From IMG/VR virus record IMGVR_UViG_3300027668_000014: a stretch of 64,000 nt of DNA. The stretch is one strand, 5' to 3'. Under the pieces are notes generated by a model, which saw nothing but the letters and a program-made list of their open reading frames with translations, ran no database searches and was not told the origin of the DNA. A program made the translations under genes and the position numbers. Origin of the DNA: an uncultured virus (IMG/VR IMGVR_UViG_3300027668_000014) (Duplodnaviria > Heunggongvirae > Uroviricota > Caudoviricetes > Crassvirales). This document shows positions 7,797 to 16,104 of the stretch, piece after piece; position 1 is the stretch's first letter, and each line of letters starts with the position of its first letter.

Positions 7797-8496
7797 GATA
7801 GACGAAGACTACTACGGGGATTTCGGCAACCAATTTTTATCCAACTCACACGTTGGAAAGTTGCTGAATGACCCTTTAAACATCTTCAAGCCAAGCAAGC
7901 CATCGCCAGCTTTTCTAATAGGTGGGTATTTTCACACCTGCATATTAGAGCCAGATAAGATCAAGAAGTATAAGGTTGTTAAAGCAACAACCCGTAACTC
8001 TAAAGCTTACAAGGATATAGCAGGTGGAGAATTATGTATGCTTGAAAAAGATGTAGATATGGTCGAACTACTCAGAGATAAAGTAATGGACAATGATATA
8101 TGCAGAGACCTTATACAACTAGGCAATGTAGAATATGAAGTTCCAATGATCAAAGAGATGTTCGGTCAAACCTGGAAAGGCAAGGCTGATATAGTTAATC
8201 ATGATGAGAAACTAATTATCGATCTTAAAACAACCGCTGACATATCTAAGTTTCAATACTCAGCAAACAAATATAACTATGATTCACAAGCTTACATATA
8301 CAGCAAGCTATTCGGGTATGAATTCTTGTTTATAGTTATAGATAAAACCACACATCAAATAGGTATGTTTGATTGTTCACCGAAGTTCTACGAACGAGGC
8401 GAAGATAAGGTACGTAAAGCAGCAGAAGCTTATGATCTGTTTTACAAGACCGAGGAATTTGATCCTAAACAGTATTTCATAAGCAAAACCCTATAA
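7765..8496 (+). CDS. PD-(D/E)xK exonuclease (RecE/exonuclease VIII-like)
   Basis: LSNS..., GGYFHTCILEP, KGKADIV...IIDLKTT, YDSQAYIY; adjacent to Erf. Confidence 0.85.
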   Translation: MNKKEILQRLKIDEDYYGDFGNQFLSNSHVGKLLNDPLNIFKPSKPSPAFLIGGYFHTCILEPDKIKKYKVVKATTRNSKAYKDIAGGELCMLEKDVDMVELLRDKVMDNDICRDLIQLGNVEYEVPMIKEMFGQTWKGKADIVNHDEKLIIDLKTTADISKFQYSANKYNYDSQAYIYSKLFGYEFLFIVIDKTTHQIGMFDCSPKFYERGEDKVRKAAEAYDLFYKTEEFDPKQYFISKTL

Positions 8497-8506
8497 AAAT
8501 ATAATC

Positions 8507-8698
8507 ATGGGAAGAACAAAATCAAAGGTCTGTACAATTTCAGGCAACAAGTATCCGGCTAACAGCAAGAACTTTTATGTTAATCACAATGCAGCGGACA
8601 GTCTACATCCTTATCATAAAGGCTTTGACAACTTTAGAAGAGCTACAAATGCAAGTGTAGAGCAAGTAAGAAAATTAGTTAGCTTAATAAATAATTAA
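8507..8698 (+). CDS. small hypothetical protein
   Basis: 63 aa ORF. Confidence 0.6.
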   Translation: MGRTKSKVCTISGNKYPANSKNFYVNHNAADSLHPYHKGFDNFRRATNASVEQVRKLVSLINN

Positions 8699-8760
8699 TA
8701 TGGACGAGCTATCAGAAAGATACTTTAAACAAATAATGAAAATAATTAAAAATAAATAAT

Positions 8761-9066
8761 ATGGCAAGTATAATTAAAGCAAGTCTAAATCTAGACGCAA
8801 TACCTAAGGATAAAATCTATGTAGGTAAAAAAGGTAAGTATTTGCCTATCACAATTACAATCAACGATGAGGTTGACCAATTCGGTAACCAAGGTCCAGT
8901 TGTTGTAGAACAATCTAAAGAAGAGAGAGACAGTAAAACACCAAAGACTTACTTAGGTAATGTTAAGGTTGTATGGTCTAACGGTACAAATGTTGAAGCT
9001 GCACCACGTGAAGGTCAAGCTCCTCCTGCTCAAACAGCTCCTCAGGTAGACGATCTACCATTTTAA
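8761..9066 (+). CDS. putative single-stranded DNA-binding protein
   Basis: beta-rich core, Pro/Ala/Gln linker and acidic tail DDLPF; lies before the primase-helicase. Confidence 0.7.
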   Translation: MASIIKASLNLDAIPKDKIYVGKKGKYLPITITINDEVDQFGNQGPVVVEQSKEERDSKTPKTYLGNVKVVWSNGTNVEAAPREGQAPPAQTAPQVDDLPF

Positions 9067-9067
9067 G

Positions 9068-10780
9068 ATGAGTAAAGAAGAGATCAATGGATTTCTGGTT
9101 GACAAGTTCAATCAGCATGGCCTAAAAGACGGTGCTTCGCAAGGGATATGTCCCTTGTGTTCACCTGATAGGAAACCTAAAAATACTAAAGCACAATGTG
9201 CTTCGTATGATTGGGAACGTGGTCTCGGTACCTGTCACAATTGCGATACAACATTTCAACTACATACTTATCAGCGTAAGGGCGCAAGTGAGAAAGTCTA
9301 TATACGACCAATTACTCCTGAGCAGTTCGACGATGTAAGTACTAATGTAGAGACTTGGTTCGGTACAAGAGCAATTTCAAAGCAAACACTTCAGGATCTT
9401 CAAGTAACCGAAGGTCCTGAATTTATGCCACAGACAGGTAAGACTGAGAATGCTATCAAGTTTAATTATTTCATGGGTGATCAGTTGATCAACATTAAAT
9501 ATAGAGACGGTAGAAAAAACTTTAAGCTATTCAAAGGTGCAGAAAAAGTATTCTATAATATTAACAGTGTTGTAGGTTATGATTGGTGTGTTGTTGTTGA
9601 GGGCGAGATGGATGTACTAGCTTTACACGAAGCTGGTATCAAAAATGCAATATCAGTTCCTAACGGTGCTACGCTGAACACAAACAACCTAGACTACCTA
9701 GATAATTGCATAGACTACTTAGACGATAAGACTAAGATAATATTAGCTGTTGATGCTGATGCTGCTGGTCAAGCCCTAAGAGCTGAGTTTATACGTAGGC
9801 TCGGTGCTGAGGTTTGTTATCTAGTAGATTTTCACGGCTGGAAAGATGCTAATGAATTTTTAATAGAAAATGGTGCTGAAAACCTGAGAAATGCTATACA
9901 CGACTCAAAACAAGTACCCTTAGAAGGTGTAACCACATTATATGATATACATGACGAAGTTAAAGAGTTTGTTACAAACGGTTTTAAACCAGGCTTTCAA
10001 GTCGGACTTAGCAATTTCGATAAGATCTTTAGTACTTACACTGGGCAGTTTATTACTGTTACTGGTATCCCTAGTTCTGGTAAGTCTGACTTTGTTGATC
10101 AAATGGTCGTTGGTTATAATAATATGTATGGTTGGAAGACTGCGTTTGCAAGTCCAGAAAATCAACCGACTTATCTCCACGCTCACAAACTAATGCGTAA
10201 GACTTGGCAAGATATGCCAACTCAAGCAGACATTGGCAGTGACAAATGGTTAGAAGTTACACAGAGGGTTAATGATAACTATTTCTTCATAGATATGGAG
10301 AGGTACACATTAGAGTCTGTATTAAAGAAAGGTGCCGAGCTTGTTAAACGAAAAGGTATTAAATGTCTAGTGATTGACCCTTACAATAAAGTAAGAGATA
10401 CAAACGCTGTGTCAGATGATGTTAATCGTTACACGATGGATTACCTAGCAAAGATCGAAACCTTTGCTAAAAAATATGATGTGTTAGTATTTATAGTGGC
10501 TCATCCAACTAAAATGTATAAAGGAAATGATGGTAAGATTGAAGAACCTACGATGTATAACATCAAAGGTGGTGGAGAATGGTACGACGCATCATACCAT
10601 GGACTTCTTGTTCACAGGAACTATGAGGAGAAGACTACTAAGGTTAAGGTGCTCAAGGTCAAGTTTCAAAACCTGGGCGAGAACGGAGCTGAAAGCCACT
10701 TTACTTGGGAACCACGTTCTGGCTCTTTCATTCCAAACGAACCAATAAAAGAAGAAGTCGGTGGCTTACCCTGGGAATAA
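9068..10780 (+). CDS. T7 gp4/Twinkle-like primase-helicase
   Basis: Zn finger CPLC...CHNC; TOPRIM VEGEMD and DADAAG; Walker A GIPSSGKS; VIDPY; VAHP. Confidence 0.93.
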   Translation: MSKEEINGFLVDKFNQHGLKDGASQGICPLCSPDRKPKNTKAQCASYDWERGLGTCHNCDTTFQLHTYQRKGASEKVYIRPITPEQFDDVSTNVETWFGTRAISKQTLQDLQVTEGPEFMPQTGKTENAIKFNYFMGDQLINIKYRDGRKNFKLFKGAEKVFYNINSVVGYDWCVVVEGEMDVLALHEAGIKNAISVPNGATLNTNNLDYLDNCIDYLDDKTKIILAVDADAAGQALRAEFIRRLGAEVCYLVDFHGWKDANEFLIENGAENLRNAIHDSKQVPLEGVTTLYDIHDEVKEFVTNGFKPGFQVGLSNFDKIFSTYTGQFITVTGIPSSGKSDFVDQMVVGYNNMYGWKTAFASPENQPTYLHAHKLMRKTWQDMPTQADIGSDKWLEVTQRVNDNYFFIDMERYTLESVLKKGAELVKRKGIKCLVIDPYNKVRDTNAVSDDVNRYTMDYLAKIETFAKKYDVLVFIVAHPTKMYKGNDGKIEEPTMYNIKGGGEWYDASYHGLLVHRNYEEKTTKVKVLKVKFQNLGENGAESHFTWEPRSGSFIPNEPIKEEVGGLPWE

Positions 10781-11024
10781 AAAGCCTAAGGCTAAACAAG
10801 CCATATACCCGTACTCTAGGCTTGATATGAAAAGAGTTCAGTGGTGTCATGACAAAAAGATCTTCGTGTCTTGTGCTCAAAAGGGAAAAGGTAGTTATTA
10901 CCTTTCAATAAGACTAGACGGCGGAGACTGGAAAGATGACCCGGCTGTATATGACTTCGAAACTGGACATCAAAAATTATACGAATACTACAAATACTAT
11001 TATGATAAATACAATAAACAATAA
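10761..11024 (+). CDS. hypothetical protein
   Basis: 87 aa ORF with GTG start overlapping the helicase end. Confidence 0.55.
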   Translation: MAYPGNKKPKAKQAIYPYSRLDMKRVQWCHDKKIFVSCAQKGKGSYYLSIRLDGGDWKDDPAVYDFETGHQKLYEYYKYYYDKYNKQ

Positions 11025-11658
11025 AGTCTTTAGAAATGCTAACGAGGCATACGAATACTTACACGATCAGATACTACAGCGCGGTGTAACGTTCGGAGAT
11101 ACTAAAGCTCTGTTCAACGTAGGTTTCTACATAACAGATCCTAAAGATAGGAAAATAATAAACAAAGAACGTAAGTGGAATGAAGAATATGCCGAAGCTG
11201 AATGGGATTGGTATTTAACTGGTGATCCTAAAGTTTCTACATTAGGTGAAATATATGGTAAAGTACCTGAGATATGGAAACGTATGGCTGATGAAAAAGG
11301 TCAGGTTAATTCTAACTACGGTTATCAATGGGAACGCAACAGACAATTAGATAATGTAGTTGAGATGCTTAGCGAAAACCCAAACACAAGACAAGCTTGT
11401 ATATCTATATATGATGGTAAAGAAATAGACAGACAAGCTTTTGATACGCCATGCACTTATGCTATACAGTTTACAATCGTTAATAACAGGCTAGATATGT
11501 GCATTACGATGCGTTCTAACGACCTTTGGTATGGTTTTTGTAATGATCAATATCAATTCTCTAAACTGCAAGAGATGGTCTCTGAGAGGCTAGAGATTGA
11601 GACTGGTGTATACTACCATTTTGCGCATAACATGCACTTATACAATAATAAAATATGA
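11002..11658 (+). CDS. thymidylate synthase / dCMP hydroxymethylase family protein
   Basis: NYG, TRQA, catalytic PC (DTPCT), MRSNDLWYGFCND, HNMHLY; ATG at 11002 preferred over 10936. Confidence 0.88.
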   Translation: MINTINNKVFRNANEAYEYLHDQILQRGVTFGDTKALFNVGFYITDPKDRKIINKERKWNEEYAEAEWDWYLTGDPKVSTLGEIYGKVPEIWKRMADEKGQVNSNYGYQWERNRQLDNVVEMLSENPNTRQACISIYDGKEIDRQAFDTPCTYAIQFTIVNNRLDMCITMRSNDLWYGFCNDQYQFSKLQEMVSERLEIETGVYYHFAHNMHLYNNKI

Positions 11659-12545
11659 TATACTATATCTACCACATCCCTGGTAAAAAAATAGGGGTTA
11701 CAACCAACCTGAATAGCAGAGTTGAAGATCAACAAGGATATGAACCTGGAGAATACGAGGTACTAGGTAGATACACTGATATAGGAAGAGCTTCAGAGCG
11801 AGAACTGTACTACCAACGTCTATACGGATATCCAGTGGACATAGTTCCTTATGATAAGTTAAATTGTAATAAAAATAAATTAAATATGAAAGTAAACGTA
11901 ACAGAACAAACAACAACATTTCCTTGCCCAGTTAACAAGCTGAAAGGAAGACTTATGGACAACAAAGGTTTAACATGGGACACAGAACACGGTGTATTCT
12001 TTATAAACGAATCGTCTATCAGCTGGATAATGGCTAACATAAAAACATCTATGTTTAACGATCAGAGATCATACGTGTACAACAAAGCATTTGCTAGGTT
12101 CTATGATAACCACGAACAAGCCTTTACAAGAGATAAAGTTGAAACGTTAACAGGTGGTTTATCACCAACAGGCGTACAAGAAAGATACTATGAATGCTGT
12201 GATGAGGAACACCCTTGTAACTGTGAGCCTCAGTTCTCTAGAAGACCTAAGCAAAAATCTCAGTTTGATTTAATTAGAGACTGGGCTGATGAAAGAGGTC
12301 TATATGAAAATGGTGATCCTAAAACTCAGGCCTTGAAATTAGTTGAAGAGGTTGGCGAGACTTGTCGAGCTATACTCAAGAATGACTTTGAAGAAGTTGT
12401 TGACGGTATTGGTGATTGCGTAGTTGTTTTAGTCAATCTAGCTGAGTTAATGAATGTGCCAATCGAAACGTGTATTGCGGCTGCTTACGAAGAGATCAAA
12501 GATAGAAAGGGTAAAATGGTTAATGGAACTTATAAAAAAGATTAA
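11655..12545 (+). CDS. multi-domain protein: GIY-YIG-like N-terminus and C-terminal MazG-like NTP pyrophosphatase
   Basis: N-terminal YYIYHIPGKKIGVTTNLNSR; C-terminal QALKLVEEVGE...DGIGDCVVVL...AYEEIKDRKGKMVNG. Confidence 0.8.
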   Translation: MIYYIYHIPGKKIGVTTNLNSRVEDQQGYEPGEYEVLGRYTDIGRASERELYYQRLYGYPVDIVPYDKLNCNKNKLNMKVNVTEQTTTFPCPVNKLKGRLMDNKGLTWDTEHGVFFINESSISWIMANIKTSMFNDQRSYVYNKAFARFYDNHEQAFTRDKVETLTGGLSPTGVQERYYECCDEEHPCNCEPQFSRRPKQKSQFDLIRDWADERGLYENGDPKTQALKLVEEVGETCRAILKNDFEEVVDGIGDCVVVLVNLAELMNVPIETCIAAAYEEIKDRKGKMVNGTYKKD

Positions 12546-12546
12546 T

Positions 12547-12840
12547 ATGTCAAGTAGAGAAATATCAGATGCACGAAGTGGCATCTCAAGAAAGACTATA
12601 GCCTTTAGAGATCCTGTGGTTGAAAACGTTGTTGACAAGTTTGTTAAACGTTCTGATGTTGGCTATGAAAAGTATGGCAGAACATTAGACAACGAACGTA
12701 GAGGTAAACATAAAGACTTAGCTGGATATCTTAATGATATACAGGAAGAGTTAATGGATGCTGTGCTATACATACAAGCTGCACGCGAAGAGCTAGGTGA
12801 TATTAAATCATTCGGTGGTTATTATGAAAAAAAAGTATAG
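12547..12840 (+). CDS. second all-alpha NTP pyrophosphatase-like protein
   Basis: RSDVGYEKYG and IQEELMDAVLY (EExxD); ATG at 12547 preferred. Confidence 0.65.
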   Translation: MSSREISDARSGISRKTIAFRDPVVENVVDKFVKRSDVGYEKYGRTLDNERRGKHKDLAGYLNDIQEELMDAVLYIQAAREELGDIKSFGGYYEKKV

Positions 12841-13267
12841 TAGAAAGAAAGGTCCTGTCAGAGCTAAGAAAGTTAGCTTTGATGGGATTAACTTCGCCTC
12901 TGGTCTAGAGAAGTATATGTACGTGGCTTTACAACAAGCCAAGATTAAGTCCGAGTACGAAGGGCAAACATATGTACTTCAAGAAGCATTTACATTTGAC
13001 ACAGACTCTTACGAGAGGCAAGGTAACGGTAAGGGTGATATGATTAATCGAGGTCGTAAAAAGATCTTGAATATAAAATATACACCCGATTTTGTAAGTG
13101 ACACATTTATCATAGAGTGCAAGGGAAGAGCTAATGAAAGTTTCCCTTTACGCTGGAAAATGTTCAAGAAACATGTAAAAGAGCACATTCCGCATGTAAC
13201 TTTATATAAACCACAGAATCAGAAGGAATGCGATAGAGTAGTTGAATTAATAAATAAAAGAAAATAA
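12824..13267 (+). CDS. T7 endonuclease I-like / PD-(D/E)xK nuclease (candidate resolvase)
   Basis: FASGLE, YTPDF, IIECKG motifs. Confidence 0.82.
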   Translation: MKKKYSRKKGPVRAKKVSFDGINFASGLEKYMYVALQQAKIKSEYEGQTYVLQEAFTFDTDSYERQGNGKGDMINRGRKKILNIKYTPDFVSDTFIIECKGRANESFPLRWKMFKKHVKEHIPHVTLYKPQNQKECDRVVELINKRK

Positions 13268-13268
13268 T

Positions 13269-13409
13269 ATGAAAGATTGGGATTTAAGCTTTGGGTTTTA
13301 CCCGGGTATATTAATAGGTTTTAGAACCTACAAAGAAAAGAAAAAAAGTAATCACGTTGCATACGTGCCTTTTGTGGATGTTTGCTTAACAGTCTACAAT
13401 GCAAAGTGA
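13269..13409 (+). CDS. small hypothetical protein (46 aa, not in ORF track)
   Basis: MKDWDLSFGFYPGILIGFRTY...YNAK*. Confidence 0.55.
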   Translation: MKDWDLSFGFYPGILIGFRTYKEKKKSNHVAYVPFVDVCLTVYNAK

Positions 13410-15267
13410 TCTAAATAAAAAAATACTTTCGGACATTACAGTCCACATGAAGTATGCTAAGTATGTGCCAGAGTTAAACAGAAGAGAGACGTGGAACGAA
13501 CTAGTTACAAGAAACAAAGAGATGCACCAGAAGAGGTATCCAGAATTAGTGGATGAAATACAATTAAATTACCAATATGTTTATGAAAAGAAAGTTCTAC
13601 CAAGTATGCGAAGTCTTCAGTTCAGCGGCAAGCCGATTGAGATCTCGCCGAATAGATTATACAATTGTAGCTACTTACCTATCGATCATGTTGATAGCTT
13701 TAGTGAGTGTATGTTCCTTTTGTTATCTGGTTGCGGTGTTGGCTACAGCGTTCAACAACATCATACAAACTTACTCCCTGGCGTAACAAAGCCATTTGAC
13801 GCTAGAACACGTAGGTTTGTTATTGGTGATTCAATAGAAGGTTGGTCAGATGCAATCAAAGTCTTAGTTAAGTCTTATTTAGGCTCTAAGAGATCATCTA
13901 AGGTAAAGTTTGATTATTCTGATATTAGACCAAAGGGAGCAAGACTTGTGACCTCAGGAGGTAAAGCACCAGGGCCACAGCCTTTGAAAGAGTGCTTAGT
14001 AAAAATTAAAGGAATACTAGATGCGAAACAAGAAGGAAGTAAACTTACCACACTCGAGGTACATGATATTGTGTGCCATATTGCTGATGCCGTTTTGGCC
14101 GGTGGTATCCGCCGTGCTGCTCTCATATCTTTATTTTCAGCTTATGATGAAGAGATGATATCGTGTAAGTCTGGTAATTGGTGGGAAACAGATCCACAAC
14201 GCGGAAGAGCTAACAACTCAGCCGTGCTTATCAGACATAAAATAACTAAAGAGTTTTTCTTAGATTTGTGGAAACGTATTGAATTATCCGGAGCTGGTGA
14301 GCCTGGTATATACTTTAATCATGACAAGGATTGGGGTACTAATCCGTGTTGTGAGATTGCGTTAAGGCCATATCAGTTCTGTAATCTGTGCGAAGTTAAT
14401 GTAAGTGACGTCACGACCCAGGAAGATCTTAACGAACGTGTTAAGGCCGCATCTTTCATTGGTACACTTCAAGCGGGTTATACGGAATTCCACTATCTAA
14501 GAGAAGTATGGCAAGAGACTACGGAAAAAGACGCTTTGATAGGTATATCAATGACGGGTATAGCATCAAAAGCTGTGTTGTCAATGGATATGCCAAAAGC
14601 AGCAGATATAGTTAAGCGTGAAAATTCTAGAGTTGCAAAGCTTATAGGGATAAACAAGGCCGCGCGTACAACGTGTGTGAAGCCTGCAGGGACAACATCT
14701 CTTGTACTTGGAACATCATCTGGTATTCATGCATGGCACAATGAATTCTACATCCGTAGACTACGTGTAGGGAAAAATGAGCCTATATATAAGTATTTAA
14801 AGGAACACAACCATGACTTAGTTGTTGATGAATATTTTAGGCCTCATGATACCGCTGTAATTGAAATACCACAATCAGCACCTAAAGGATCTATAATGAG
14901 AACTGAATCTGCTTTTGATTGTCTTGAAAGAGTTAAACAAGTTGCTACTGAATGGGTTAAACCTGGTCACAGGAAAGGCTCTAACACACATAATGTGTCT
15001 GCAACAATAAGTCTAAGAAAAGATGAGTGGGATAAAGCTGGTGAGTGGATGTGGAGCAACCGAGACTGCTATAATGGTCTAGCTGTTCTGCCTTATGATG
15101 GTGGTTCATATACTCAAGCTCCATTTGAGGATATAACCGAAGCTGAGTTCAATAAGAGAGTCAAACTCTTAAACGATGTAGATTTATCTATGATTGTTGA
15201 ATCAACTGACGAAACAGATCTATCAGGCGAATTGGCTTGCGCTGGTGGATCTTGCGAAGTAATATAA
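13399..15267 (+). CDS. nrdJ: class II (adenosylcobalamin-dependent) ribonucleotide reductase
   Basis: LYNCS, GCGVG, SGGKAPGP, RRAALISL, TNPCCEI, CNLCE, KPAGT, C-terminal CAGGSC; no beta-subunit gene nearby. Confidence 0.9.
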   Translation: MQSDLNKKILSDITVHMKYAKYVPELNRRETWNELVTRNKEMHQKRYPELVDEIQLNYQYVYEKKVLPSMRSLQFSGKPIEISPNRLYNCSYLPIDHVDSFSECMFLLLSGCGVGYSVQQHHTNLLPGVTKPFDARTRRFVIGDSIEGWSDAIKVLVKSYLGSKRSSKVKFDYSDIRPKGARLVTSGGKAPGPQPLKECLVKIKGILDAKQEGSKLTTLEVHDIVCHIADAVLAGGIRRAALISLFSAYDEEMISCKSGNWWETDPQRGRANNSAVLIRHKITKEFFLDLWKRIELSGAGEPGIYFNHDKDWGTNPCCEIALRPYQFCNLCEVNVSDVTTQEDLNERVKAASFIGTLQAGYTEFHYLREVWQETTEKDALIGISMTGIASKAVLSMDMPKAADIVKRENSRVAKLIGINKAARTTCVKPAGTTSLVLGTSSGIHAWHNEFYIRRLRVGKNEPIYKYLKEHNHDLVVDEYFRPHDTAVIEIPQSAPKGSIMRTESAFDCLERVKQVATEWVKPGHRKGSNTHNVSATISLRKDEWDKAGEWMWSNRDCYNGLAVLPYDGGSYTQAPFEDITEAEFNKRVKLLNDVDLSMIVESTDETDLSGELACAGGSCEVI

Positions 15268-15289
15268 GCCATTAATTAAATTAAATCAA

Positions 15290-15478
15290 ATGAATAAATT
15301 AAGTAACGAGTTCGACGAATTACAAAATGTAATTAACGATTGTCAAGGTGATGTAACTAAATTTGTAGAGGGTAATAACTCTGCGGGTACAAGAGTTAGA
15401 AAAGCTATGCAAACAATAAAAGGTATGGCTCAAACCATTAGGGTAGAAGTACAGGAGCAGAAGAACAAACAGTTTTAA
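15290..15478 (+). CDS. Hc1-like (histone H1-like) small protein
   Basis: KFVEGNNSAGTRVRKAMQTIK resembles the Bacteroidota Hc1-like GNxxAGTRxRK pattern. Confidence 0.7.
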   Translation: MNKLSNEFDELQNVINDCQGDVTKFVEGNNSAGTRVRKAMQTIKGMAQTIRVEVQEQKNKQF

Positions 15479-15484
15479 ATTAAT

Positions 15485-15512
15485 AAAGGGAGCTTAACGG
15501 CTCCCTTTTTTT
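15485..15512. terminator. bidirectional rho-independent terminator between the convergent gene blocks
   Basis: AAAGGGAGC-TTAACG-GCTCCCTTT followed by a T run. Confidence 0.85.
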
Positions 15513-15647
15513 ATATCTAATTGAATATAGTCTCAATGATTTTAGTCAAATTATATTCATTTGAATATAGTTATATGTTGTTGCTAGCTTCGTGTAGAGC
15601 TATAAATTCTAGCACTAATTCGTCACTCTCTAGGTTTATATCGTATA

Positions 15648-16103
15648 TCATATTACTTTGTATTTAGTTTTACCCTCCTCCTTATATGCCTGTAAGCATC
15701 TGTTTCTATTTTGAACGCTATTAACATAGCTTATGTGAACCCAATTAGGATTACCATCGTCACCAAATTCCCATATCATTTGATCAAACTTTAGGTTATC
15801 TTTAATCCAATGATACATTTCAGCATTAGTCTTCTTACAACCTCCATCATCTATATCCATTGCTTGACCCTTACAGTGTTGAGATGTAGTTGATCCCCCA
15901 ATAGCTTTGTTCAAGGCTTTACCTCTATAAAAACTATTGATTCTAATAGGTCCTCCAACCCACTCTCTTAACGGCTCAAACACTTCTTCAGCCAACTGCC
16001 TCATGTTTTCTAAATCAAATTGGTTTGGTGTGTTGTCTAAACCTCGGCGCGTAGCCGTGGTGCTATACACTCCTTCTTTATCGCTTATGTGTTTACTTAT
16101 CAT
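15648..16103 (-). CDS. peptidase M15A family endolysin
   Basis: INSFYR...LNKAIGGSTTSQHCKGQAMD...WVHIS (SxH, D, H Zn ligands). Confidence 0.88.
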   Translation of the reverse strand: MISKHISDKEGVYSTTATRRGLDNTPNQFDLENMRQLAEEVFEPLREWVGGPIRINSFYRGKALNKAIGGSTTSQHCKGQAMDIDDGGCKKTNAEMYHWIKDNLKFDQMIWEFGDDGNPNWVHISYVNSVQNRNRCLQAYKEEGKTKYKVI

Positions 16104-16104
16104 A

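Noticed and set aside
15657..15672. Partial reverse copy of the early motif (AAACTAAATAC)
   Set aside because: Inside the endolysin coding sequence and lacks the GAAT-N6-GGATAATA half; probably chance
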